A stretch of DNA of 64,000 nt from positions 105,030,001 to 105,094,000 of the forward strand of contig NW_024704742.1 of the NCBI RefSeq assembly GCF_018977255.1. The letters are read 5' to 3'. Both the position numbers and the translations under genes were made by a program. The notes under the pieces were generated by a model. It was not told the origin of the DNA. It saw nothing but the letters and a program-made list of their open reading frames with translations, and ran no database searches. How positions within the stretch are numbered: position 1 is the first letter of the stretch; each line of letters starts with the position of its first letter. Positions 53,298-64,000 of this stretch are shown piece by piece. The stretch comes from Callorhinchus milii (Eukaryota).

Positions 53298-54193
53298 CCA
53301 ATCAACTTCGCACATACCTCTCCTCCCACTCCCTCTTTGAACCCCTCCAGTCTGGTTTCTGCACTGCCCACAGTACAGAGACTGCGCTTCTGAAAGTCAC
53401 AAACAACATCCTCTCTATCTGTGACCAGGGCTCCCTCTGCTTCCTTGTCCTCCTGGACCTCTCCGCCACGTTCGACACAGTCGATCACGCCATCCTCCTC
53501 CACCGCTTTTCCTCCATCATCCACCTCAGTGGGACCGCACTCGCCTGGTTCGAGTCCTATCTCACAAACCGCCAGCAGTACATCTGCACAAGTGTCTTCT
53601 CCTCCCGCTCTCACCCGGTCACCTGCGGGGTACCGGAAGGATCCATCCTTGGCCCCCTCCTCTTTCTGATCTACATGCTCCTTTTTGGGGATGTCATCTG
53701 CAGACATGGGGTACATTTCCACATGTATGCAGACGACACCCAACTCTATTTTTCCACCTCGCTTTGCGACCCCCAGTCCCCTGATGTTCTGTCAGCCTGC
53801 CTGTCAGACCTCAGGGGCTGGATGAGCGCAAACTTCCTTCAGCTGAATGTTGACAAGACGGAAGCCATACTCTTTGGCTCTCGTCAACGTCTAAAATCTC
53901 ATGGCTCTCACCTCCTCCACCTATACGACCTCCCCCTAAAACTCTCCGAACCCGTACGCAACCTCGGCATCAGGTTCAACCCCCAATTATCCTTCCTCCT
54001 CCACATCCGGTCCCTCACCAGCACCGCTTTCTTCCACCTCCGACGCATCGCCCGTCTCCGCCAATACCTCTCCCCAAAAGCCACTGAAACCCTGGTCCAT
54101 GCCTTTGTCACCTCTCGGCTGGACTACCTCCAACGCCCTCCTCGCCGGCCTCCCCTCCACTATCATCCATAAAATCCAGCTCATTCAAAACTC
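53298..54193 (+). mobile_element. L2 LINE family B RT segment with open frame, lacking both ends
   Basis: ORF 53255-54172: QSGF..AHSTETALLKVTN, LDLSATFDTVDH, GVPEGSILGPLLF, YADDTQLY, NFLQLNVDKTE; highly similar to 31485-32370 in the opposite orientation. Confidence 0.95.
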
Positions 54194-54764
54194 TACAAAT
54201 GTAATTCCTGTATCACATGACAGTGAAATTAAAATTCACATTTATATGACAAACAAGAATTTCACACTATCATCACATAAGATGCTTTCTGGCCAGTGAT
54301 TTAAGCATCTTTCTCTCTCCTGCTGTTCTTCCCAATTTTCACTCTTGAAAGCAGTGATTCATGCCAGGGAGCATTTTACATGTACAGGGCTTGGCAGCCT
54401 TCTGTTGCTTTGCTCAAGTATCCATTTTACCATTCTTTGACAGCAGATTATTAGAACATAAAGCAGACAGAGCATCACAAAAAAAATCCAATTCTGTCTG
54501 CACCAGACACCCACACACATCACAGCTTCGCTGAATAGTGGTTGTCAGAGAAAAGCCTGATTGCTTTTTCTCCCCCTGGTTCCTTAACCAAGGACACAGA
54601 CAGAGGCAACTGTCAAGGTCCCAGGTTGCTATCGATGCAGCACAGAAGGAAGCCATTTGGCCCATCGTGCCTGTGCCTGCTCTTTGAAAGAGCCACCAAC
54701 TAGTCCCAGTCCACTGCTTTTACCCCATCGCTCTGCAAGCTTTATTCCACACACCTATAAGTAT

Positions 54765-54980
54765 GAACCGGTTATTAGTCAATTGGCAGGGGTAATAATG
54801 CCTCAAAAAAAATTGTGGTCACTCAATCCATGTCTGTTTGTGGGACACTGTTGGGCACAATCAGTTGCCGCGTTTCGCCCACAAAATACATAGTCAATCC
54901 ACTTTACAATATTCTGTGAAACATTTTAAGATGTCTCAACTATGTAATAAGGCTATATCAAATTCAAGGTTTATAATGAT
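54765..54980 (+). mobile_element. SINE fragment, long subfamily
   Basis: GAACCGGTTATTAGT...GGGGTAATAAT...TGTTTGTGGGACACTG...CTATATCAAATTCAAGG. Confidence 0.8.
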
Positions 54981-56039
54981 TACTAGGACAGATCAGCTTT
55001 ACAGTTTAACTCTGCACATGGATTACCAATAGGTCTCTCTTAAAACTCTAACACATTAACACATTACAGAGAAAAAATGGAGGCAAGACATTAAAAACAG
55101 TTACCTCAGGATTATCCTTTATAAATTTGGTTTTTAACATTAGTTGCAATTTTGACTGGAGAGCACAGCTTCCATGGTGACATCACAGCAAGATCTTCAG
55201 ACATTTCTTAGGAAATTAAATATATACCTAACTATATGCTGGTGGACGACAAATATATAGGTGAACTGATATGAAAAAATACAGTATAAGCAGATTTTGG
55301 ACCGTGAACACAAAGTGATTTGCATTGGAGGGCTTCAGCTGAAGTGGTTTAGATGGAATCAATTTACACTGCTGCACAGGTGAAGCTTATAAATAATAAT
55401 ATAATAATCCTTCCATTTGAAATAGCGCTTTATCACGTTTTCAAGACGTCTCAAAAAATCTATTCGACCTCCACTCAAAAACAATCCTTAATAGTGCCTG
55501 AACAGCCGTATACAAGAACTTTTAAAGCACCATTTTTAATGCTTCTAAATTTCTGGTCTGACAACTGTTTTTTATAACAAAACATAGGTTAGCAGAACTA
55601 AGTGCAGGGTTAGTTGTACATAGGTAGAACTCTTCTCAGTCCTCAGCCCATTTGATTTCAAAGTGGGAAATATATACCATGCTTCTTGCTTCAAATTACG
55701 TTAATACATTTTGATAACAAAATGCTTCCAGCAGTAAAAGCTGGACATTAGCCAAAGGGGAAATGTACTAACAGATGTGCTTAATGAGTCGGTGCCATTT
55801 CAATACATGCACTGGCATTACAATCACAGTGTGTCTACTCATCCTGTATAGAGGCATCGTGTATTACTGAGTTTACTTCTTCAGGATGAACAGCCTATAA
55901 TTCACAAGTACTGAAGTCAGGAATAAATTAAGGAGATTTTCTCATGAGCGAAATAAATTCAGTAATGAGCCATAACTGACGCACTAATTTATTACGCCTC
56001 TGGCTCAGATTCCATTAACATCCCTGGTTGCTTCCTCAG

Positions 56040-56700
56040 GAAGAACCTGGTGGTGTATAACTTCAGCGTTCAGTTTGACCCAAAGCTGAGCTGAATTTCA
56101 AACCAGAAATTCAGTCAATCACTACAACCATTTCTTCTACCTACAGCACCTTACCTGCTAACACCCCTATGTTATCACCACCACCATTGCTGAAGCTTTT
56201 TATCCTTGTCTTGATCACCTCAAGGATACATTTCTTCATTTCACCCCTCACAAGCCTCCTTTCGACAATTCAACTCATTCACGATTCCAGAGCTTGAGTA
56301 CTCTCCTACACTCTTATCACCTATCCTTGCCATGCTCTCTGTCCCATAGCTGATTTTGACAAAGATCCTCATACTAGTTTACTACTTTTCAAATTCCTGA
56401 ATGGCCTTACAGCACTATTTGTGCGATCTTCTCCATATTTATTTTTTGTAGTCTCTGATCTGATTCTGATTTGTTGCCTCTGCTCCATTAATGGCTTGAG
56501 CCACCACGTCTTTCATTATGGGAACTTTCTTCCAAACAACTTGCTATCTCCATTCCTGCTTTTAAAACTCCACTGGACCCATCTCTTTCACCTTGTTTTC
56601 AGGCACCTCAAAATCCTCCTACTTTTTGCTAAGTATTGTTACTTTGCCATTGTTGCTTCGCACTTTGAAACTTTTGTTTACATAATGAAGCTGTAAATAC
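56040..56700 (+). mobile_element. Very old L2 fragment
   Basis: GTTCAGTTTGACCCAAAGCTGAGC, AAGATCCTCATACTAGTTT, TGAATGGCCTTAC motifs colinear with L2 ORF2 C-terminus. Confidence 0.5.
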
Positions 56701-59700
56701 ATAATACACGATTGTTTGTGGGAAACTGCTATGCGCAATTGCAACATTTCCCCTTGTCTCTGGTTGGTAATTAATACAATCCATTAAATTTGAACATTCA
56801 TTGTTTTAACATCATCATAAAAAACCTGCATGAAGACACAAGGTTCATACAGAAAGGTTTATCATTTAAGAGTTAAACTATTTTCTGTTGTCACTTTAAA
56901 CATTTTCAGTTTAAATTTCTGAATTCTAGAATTGGCTCTTGTTTTGATGCTTTTGGGTTGCACTCTCAAGAGCTGCTAGAAATAGTTCATTATTGTTGGG
57001 CTGTCAGATATTCGTGACACAAGGACAACTTCACAAATGTCATGAGAGATTTGGAATATTTTTGTTTTCAGGCAGTGAATTTAGCAATAGTTAAGCATAG
57101 CTCAAAAGCATAAAGTATTAGTGAATATATCTTCACAAATCCAACTTTTTAATGAGAAATACATAAATTCATAATAAGAATTAGTATTCAAGCAGGAAAG
57201 GTTTTAGTAAATAAATTTGTAAGGCTGTAACACACGTTATAACTAAATGCAATTAAATTGTTCAGTTTTGCAGATATGTATTCTGTACACTTAAAAAGCA
57301 AAGTGTCCGCATGCTTAGAAAATAAAGTATCATCTGATACTTTCCAAACATATTACTACTTCATGCATCAGAGAAACATCTGGGAAGCCTTTTAGAAACA
57401 AACAATTTACAATGCATCTTTGAGCTCAGATTGCTATTTGACAACAGGATGATTGTGGTTTCTTTTCCTGGTACTGAATGGTACAAATGCCACATATGCA
57501 ATTTGCTATAATGACATTCAGCCTCCCAGGTTTGCCTTGCATGCAGTGAACCATATGCACTGCTGTCATTCTGGAAAATATCAGATAGTTAGACTCTGCC
57601 TGCTGGTGTATTTAATTATTAAACAAACTAAACCACAAATTACACAGCATGAGATTTATAAGCAATGTTTCAGGAACTATAAAGAATGTTGCAGTGGGGG
57701 GCTTTCAACAATAGAACCAGATTTTATAATTCGCAATTGAAGTGGTGAATCTGTCAATATAGTCTATGTTCACAGAGGGACATAATCAGGGTGAAAACCT
57801 CTGTAGAGCATTTTAACACAGAAAAAACAAAAACAAATCACTTTTGTCTATAAAAAAAGGTAACGATTTTTCAACCTATCTTTTGATCCTGTCTGCTACA
57901 AAACATGTCAGTGAGGGCAAGCAAGCAATGTTTGCTGGGACGACTGCAAATCCAGCCCCGCAACCAGCTGCAGAGTTATGTAAGGCTAACTGAGGGAATC
58001 ACACAGATATTCACTTTCTTTGAAAAGATAAATGCCAAAGTAACCCAACTGTGCCACACTTCAACCCCAAGAAATTATAGCTTTTATTAATATATTAAAA
58101 AAAGCTTTTAAATCTCATTTTTCTTCTTTTCATTTTTGTTCTCTCCCGCCCTGGGAATAAAGCAAAGATAACCTTTAGCCCGGGCCGCCCTGTCAATTAC
58201 ATTGTTGAGCAAGTCCCAAGACATGCATGAATATGAGTCTAGGTCAGTCGCCCACCTGCTGCCCTTCTATCCCTGCAGGGAAGTGTAGCATTGTCTCCTG
58301 ACAGCAAGGTCAACGCTAGAAATTCACTGTATGAGAAATAGCTCCAAATCCACACCATTCCACTCAATAACAAGACAGTCTGCATGAACATGGGTTTCTC
58401 CTGCATCACTTTTCCATCTTTTATAAAATAATGTTATCAATCTTGCCATTCCAATTTTTTTTATTTTTAGTGTTTAAAAAGAAAATAAATTAAATCCCAC
58501 CTAAAAAATAATCTGCATTTATTCACTTATACCACCAGTGAGGTTTACAAGCAGTCTTTGACATAAGCTGGATTTTTTAAAATCTCTATTTGACAAAACA
58601 AATTATCTTGTTGTTCTATTTTAACTACATCTGCATAGTTCTGACTGCATTCACTTTCTCTTGTCACCTCTCAAGCTTTCATGATTCCTTCTGTAACAGA
58701 AAACAACTAATCTCAGTAACCCAGATACCCCCAAATTATGTTGAAAGCTGCTACCTAATACCCCGATATCCACAGGGGATGAGACATAGTGGAACCTTTC
58801 TACAGTGAGATGGTATGATAAACTATCTGACTGGAGCTCACTTTAATTGTTATTGATTGGACTGCCTCTCACAAAAGAACACAAAGCTTGTTTTTTGTTG
58901 GTGTACGTGAAGCAGGTAAGTTTTTGTCGCTTAAAAAATAAGAACTGCCCTTTCCAATACTACGTAAATGAATAGGCAATTTAAAATAAACCGAATATTT
59001 AGAAATGAATAGAACATCCAATGCAGATGTAAACATATGTGCCACTGCATCGACATATGCTGCCATGCATCAACCTTTTGTGGAACAGGTGAAAAGATTC
59101 TGAGATATAATTTCTCTGAAATCTTGGCTGATATTCAAAACATAATCCACTCTAATAGCATTCAAATTTTGCCTATTCGGTCCACAAAAATAGAAATAGC
59201 TCAGTAATGCTAAACCATCTGCTTATGTTTAAGTTACATGTACTGGGACTGGTTTGAATAGCAGATTAAGTTAAATATAAATATAGATATAATCAATTTT
59301 TTCACAAATGTTTATCAAATTCTATTTTGATCATCTCTAAACTTCGAAGTACAAGGTTGCAAAAAATTATGCAATGTATATTTCCCCCTTTTCTCTGACA
59401 AGGCTGGGACATTCTCATTCTTCTTACTTGTCTATCCCTGTACAATCTCTAACTGAAAATCTATGACCTGCTCCTAGGTCCCTTAACCAATGTTCCTCTG
59501 AAACTGGGCAAATCAGAATTTCCTTCTCTTCCTTACAGGGAAAGATTCTGCCCTCTGCCTTCTTGCAAATAGGTTGTCTGGATCTACCAAATTTTTCAGA
59601 GGTCATGTTATAATGAAACACAGATAAAAGCAGATATTTGGGTTGTGAGATCAACATCTGGGTCATCAGGTTGCCTTCATTTCCTGTGCTCAACACCTAT

Positions 59701-60258
59701 GTGCAAGAAGTGCTGCTGACATTTCTCCCTTCACTAAGTGATGTAAACAGTGCTTCCTGCACATAACACGCTTGCACAGGCAGGTCCCAGGGAGTGACAT
59801 CAGGAGTACTTCCTGTATACAGCACAAATACGTGTCCAAATGATGTAAACAACTGTCCGATGAGCCTAAATCAGCCATTTTTATCTAGGTGTACCATGCT
59901 TCGAGTACAGCTCTGACCAACTGGGGTTCGTTCTAATGTGGTCACCTCTATTCCTTTTTTTACAGAATTAAATTTTATTTGATCAACACTTCTTACATTG
60001 ATTGGAATAAATTGTATGTATTAAAAGCAATGCAGGATACCTGTGCTGCCCCATATAGCTGATTGCTTTTAACACCAGTCACAGTCATGTCTCGCCAATC
60101 TCTATCAATTCATCCAGCTGTGGATTTGGAATGGAGAGCATTGCGTATAAGATTGCAATCCTTTGAAGTTTAATTATGTTTAATAAATATTTTTNGTCTG
60201 TGACATGGAAAAATGGCAGAGAAAAGGTGTCTCTGTGATGAAGTGAGGAGCACAGATC

Positions 60259-60566
60259 ATAATAATAATAATCCTTGCATTTGATATAGCGCTTTTCACG
60301 TCTTCCAGACGTCCCAAAGCACTTCACAGAATATACTGTAAAGTGAATTGACTGTATATTTGTGGGCGAAAGCGGGAGCCAATTGCGCACAGCAGTGTCC
60401 CACAAACAGTCATAGATTGAAAATGACCAATTTATTATTGTTTTCGTTTTTTTGGAGGGATTATTATTAGGCTCTGTGTGGAGTAAGGAAACTTGCCCAA
60501 GGTTTCGCCCTGTCTGGAATTGAACTCAGGTCTCTCACTTACAAAGCGAGTGCTCTAACCACTGAG
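60259..60566 (-). mobile_element. Young tRNA SINE, short subfamily, near full length
   Basis: (TAA)n tail to CTCAGTGGTTAGAGCAC head; similar to 47428-47744. Confidence 0.93.
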
Positions 60567-60789
60567 TATGATATTAGTGTTCATAATTCCAATTCTGCTG
60601 AAATACAAAAAGAGGACAGACCTCTGACCAGTTATGAGAAGAAAGCAAAGTGTTCATTTAAGGGATTATTCCACATTGCTTATCTTAATGTATTTTTAAT
60701 TCACCTCATCTAAGACAAGATGCAGCTTTTGTTTAAGATTTTACTGGTAATTGATGTCCCAAAGGAAAATGACCCGCACTTTGCTTATT

Positions 60790-61080
60790 ACAACAACAAC
60801 AACTTGGATTTATATAGTGCCCTCCACGTCAGACGGCGTCTCAGAGCGCTTTACAGTAACAGATCCCGGGACTGAGCCGGGGGAAGGGGGGGAAGAGAAG
60901 GTGACCAAAGGCGCGGTCGAAAAGAAAGGTCTTCAGCAGAGATCTGAAAATGGGAAGGGAGGGAGCGAGACAAAGGGAGTGAGGAAGGCAGTCTAGGGGC
61001 ATAGTGGCTGAAGGCACGGCTGCCGAGGGTGGAACGGTTGACTCGGGGGACGAGGAAGAGGCACGAAAGCAACGGGTACT
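60790..61080 (-). mobile_element. L2 family B 3' fragment
   Basis: ACAACAACAACAACTTGGATTTATATAGTGCCCTCC tail, matches 7165-7460. Confidence 0.9.
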
Positions 61081-61378
61081 TTTTTGTTTACTTAAATTAG
61101 CTTCGACAGTAAACAAATTATAAAGTAATTATCTGCATTAATGGCTAATCTTGACATTATACTGAAACAAATCAGCAAATAATAGCATTCTGTAGGTGAG
61201 ATTACTTGACAAATGTATTACATTTAAGTTAGATTCATTTTGTGCAATCCCCGGCTGTGACAAAGCTCAAAAAGTCTGAAACAATAAAACAGACTTTGTG
61301 AATCACAATTTTTTAGTGAATTTGATAGTGAATCATGAAGTTTGAATCCTGCAATTTCTGTCACAAACAAGTCACAAT

Positions 61379-61570
61379 TATAGAAACATAGGAACAGGAG
61401 TAGGCCATTTAGCTCATCGAGTCTGTTCCGCCATTCCATTAGATCATGGCTGATCTGAACCTCAACTCCAATCACCCGCTTTTGCCCCAGATCCCGATAC
61501 CCATAACTAATAAAAATCTATCCACCTCAGTCTTGAAAATTTGAATGGATTCAGCATCCACAGCCTTTTA
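61379..61570 (-). mobile_element. CR1-type 3' tail fragment
   Basis: TAGAAACATAGGAACAGGAGTAGGCCATT...AGATCATGGCTGATCTG; a related remnant lies at ~49455-49560. Confidence 0.7.
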
Positions 61571-61829
61571 TCACAGCAATTTTAGTTTAGGAATAGACAG
61601 AGACATTTCCCTGTGTAGGTAACATACCTCTGTGGAACTCTAAGAATGGTGATGAGTTTCTGTATTACAGTCGGCTGACCAAAACTTTATTTTTTTTTAC
61701 TATTGTGGCATTTTCAACCCTTTGTGCTTGGAACATACACATCCTGCAGTGCCTCCAAGGTTGGTTTCAGAAATAAAACCATTTATAAATATTAAATCCT
61801 GCAAGATGCACTGAGAATGCTTTCCTTAC

Positions 61830-61953
61830 CTGTGAATACAGTTTTTCCCCTCAAGATAAGCCATACCGGCAGCAGCATCTAAAGACATCTTTACCAGTTG
61901 TTTCATTTTCAATTCGTCCTTCTTCTTCCTTAAAAATGAAAGAAAATCACCAC
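61830..61953 (-). CDS. FER: FER tyrosine kinase, internal coding exon (kinase subdomains V-VIa), 124 bp
   Basis: Minus strand reads ttgcAG|GTGGTGAT...ATTCACAG|GTAAGG; translation (G)[40 protein letters not shown](R), closely matching vertebrate FER. Not in the ORF track. Phase joins the next exon in frame. Confidence 0.96.
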
Positions 61954-62279
61954 CTGCAAAAAGGTTAAAAATTATATAATTATGTGTTACAAATGCAAGT
62001 CAAAATATTTAAATTATAATGTCCTCCTTCTTTAATGGCATATAGGGCAATGCATGACAATTTGTTTTTAAAATAAATAGCCAATAATATTACACAAACC
62101 GTGCTGCAATATTATAAATATTCTGGATTCAATACTGAAGGAGGCCATTCAGCCCATTTTCTTTCGTCATCGTTTTCTCTTCCAAGAAGCCTTCCATTCT
62201 CATCCCAATTCCCTGCTCTTTCGCCTTAATCTCGAACACCCTTCCCTGCATTTGTTTCAGTTTTGAGTCTTTCACATAT

Positions 62280-62700
62280 TATAATATTAATCCTTGAATT
62301 TGATATTGCGCCTTATCACATCATTGAGACGTTTCAAAGAGCTTTAGAGGATTTTACTGTAGTGTCTTGACTGTGTATTTGCAGACAAACGCAGTAAACA
62401 ATGTCTGCACATTAATGCCCCATAAACGGCCATGAAGTGACTGATCAATTTTATTTGGGGGATTGCTCGGCAGCGACCGGGAGATGCTCCCTTCTCTTTT
62501 CGACAGGACCATAGGATCTTTAACCTGAACCGGTAGACGGGACCTTAATTTAACATCTCATTCAAAGGACTGCAACTCCCAACATCCCCAGCACTTCACC
62601 GAAGTGTCAGTTTAGACTCTGAGCTCAAAATCGCAACGTGGGGCTTGACCCACAACCTTCTAACTCAGAGGTGAGAGTCCTACCGGCTGAGCCAGGTTGG
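62280..62700 (-). mobile_element. Deu-domain-like tRNA SINE
   Basis: CCTGGCTCAGCCGGTAGGACTCTCACCTCTGAGTTAGAAGGTTGTGGGTCAAGCCCCAC head, GAATGAGATGTTAAA core, shared tail. Confidence 0.75.
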
Positions 62701-63689
62701 CAATAATAATTGTATAATTTTTTGTGGTGGCCACAAATAGAAATTGATGCTGGAGAAAGACAGTAGATATGCTGTTGTGAATGTCTGATATCACATGAAA
62801 GCAGAATTTCTAATCTGTTCTGACAGTGTTGCTGTTTCACTTTGAGGCTTTCAGATGGAATAAACTTCAAATGTTGCAGTTCTGCTGCAAACTCGTAGAA
62901 CACTGGAAGGTTTGCCATGTGGTGCTTTTTGTCTGCAAAGAAAGCCAACTATAGGCTGTCGTGCCTTCTTTTAAAGAATGACTGTGGGTTATAAAATGTT
63001 GGGAGGACTCACCGTGAAAGGTCATTTGTACAGTACAATTGTATTCTCCAATTACACAGACAGTGTTTTGTGATAGATCTGGTTGTAAAAAAAGTGAGTA
63101 TTTATTTCTGATCTGTATCTTAGTAACTGCCTTTTGAAAAGCTTGGTGGTGTGCGAACAGTACGTGTAGAGCACAGTAAAGCATAGGGTCATTGTCCGTT
63201 TCTGAAGTCACATCACAGATGCACAAGAATGGTCGAGATCGTAAGAAACATGAACATCTACTTCCAGCTGCAGTTGATAGACTGCAGAGGAGAAACTACT
63301 CACAAAAAGATAATTGTATCCAAATTCGAGTAAGATTTCAAACTGATTCTATCACATTAGGTGCAAAAGTACTTCCATTTTCCAGTTTAGCAACATGAAG
63401 GCAGCCATAGCATGAAATGAAACAATGTACAGAAAATGAAATGCTTAGGTAAGTACAACACCCTCTTAAAGAAGAGCCAAACCACACCAATTTAGGCCTA
63501 CAATCCATGGTAACTATTTCAAAGGATGACCTTTGACATTTATTTGCTGGATGAACATGGTCAATCAATCCCCATTCTAAAGCAACTTGCAACAGAGAAT
63601 AGAAATTGTTAGACAAGAACTCCTGCTTCCAGATTGCAAAGGAGAAACTAAACTCAAAAAAGAGAAAAACAAAAATAAAATCCTGAACA

Positions 63690-63760
63690 TACAACAACAA
63701 CAAGATTCCATTTATAAAGCGCCTTTCACGTCAGGAGGACGTCCCAAGGCGCTGCACAGT
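63690..63760 (-). mobile_element. L2 family A 3' tail fragment
   Basis: ACAACAACAACAAGATTCCATTTATAAAGCGCCTTTCACGTCAGGAGGACGTCCC. Confidence 0.85.
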
Positions 63761-64000
63761 TGGGTCATGACCCGAGCAGGGGGGAAATGGTCAGTGCACC
63801 TAATTACTCCAGCCTTTCCTGGGTAAATACCAGACATAAATTTCTTTTTCCCCCCACTTTTGTAATCCTGATCATTTAACTATAAGACCATTAAACATCA
63901 AATCTCTTTATACAAGAAGGCCTATCTGGTTTGGGTACTCCAAAGCGTAGCAATGGGTTTGTGCATGTGTCAAGACACAAGCTGATCAAAATAAAAACAA

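Noticed and set aside
61956..64000. Next upstream FER exon (ILKQYDHPNIV-like)
   Set aside because: Not found; it presumably lies beyond the window.

Overview
Vertebrate genomic DNA, most likely a cartilaginous fish (the SINE/L2/CR1 repertoire resembles what I recall for holocephalans such as elephant shark; the species is inferred, not shown). The only host gene is the 3' end of the non-receptor tyrosine kinase FER on the minus strand: four coding exons (61830-61953, 21404-21558, 20178-20300, 16549-16691), all GT-AG, with a ~40.3 kb intron splitting the catalytic HRD motif, followed by a probably long AT-rich 3' UTR. The rest is intron or intergenic DNA rich in retroelements: at least two L2 LINE families, CR1 LINE fragments, a young tRNA-derived SINE with two subfamilies and older Deu-domain SINEs, often nested in each other. 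Nearly all ORFs in the track are repeat-derived or spurious. The most notable observations are a ~240-bp palindromic insertion with a 15-bp flanking direct repeat carrying a minimal hammerhead-ribozyme-like core (Penelope-like), SINE copies that recurrently break at an internal inverted repeat, a 3' stem-loop shared between SINE and L2, reciprocal CR1/L2 nesting, and a 33-bp perfect inverted duplication. I found no convincing novel protein-coding system. Repeat boundaries are approximate unless junction sequences are quoted.
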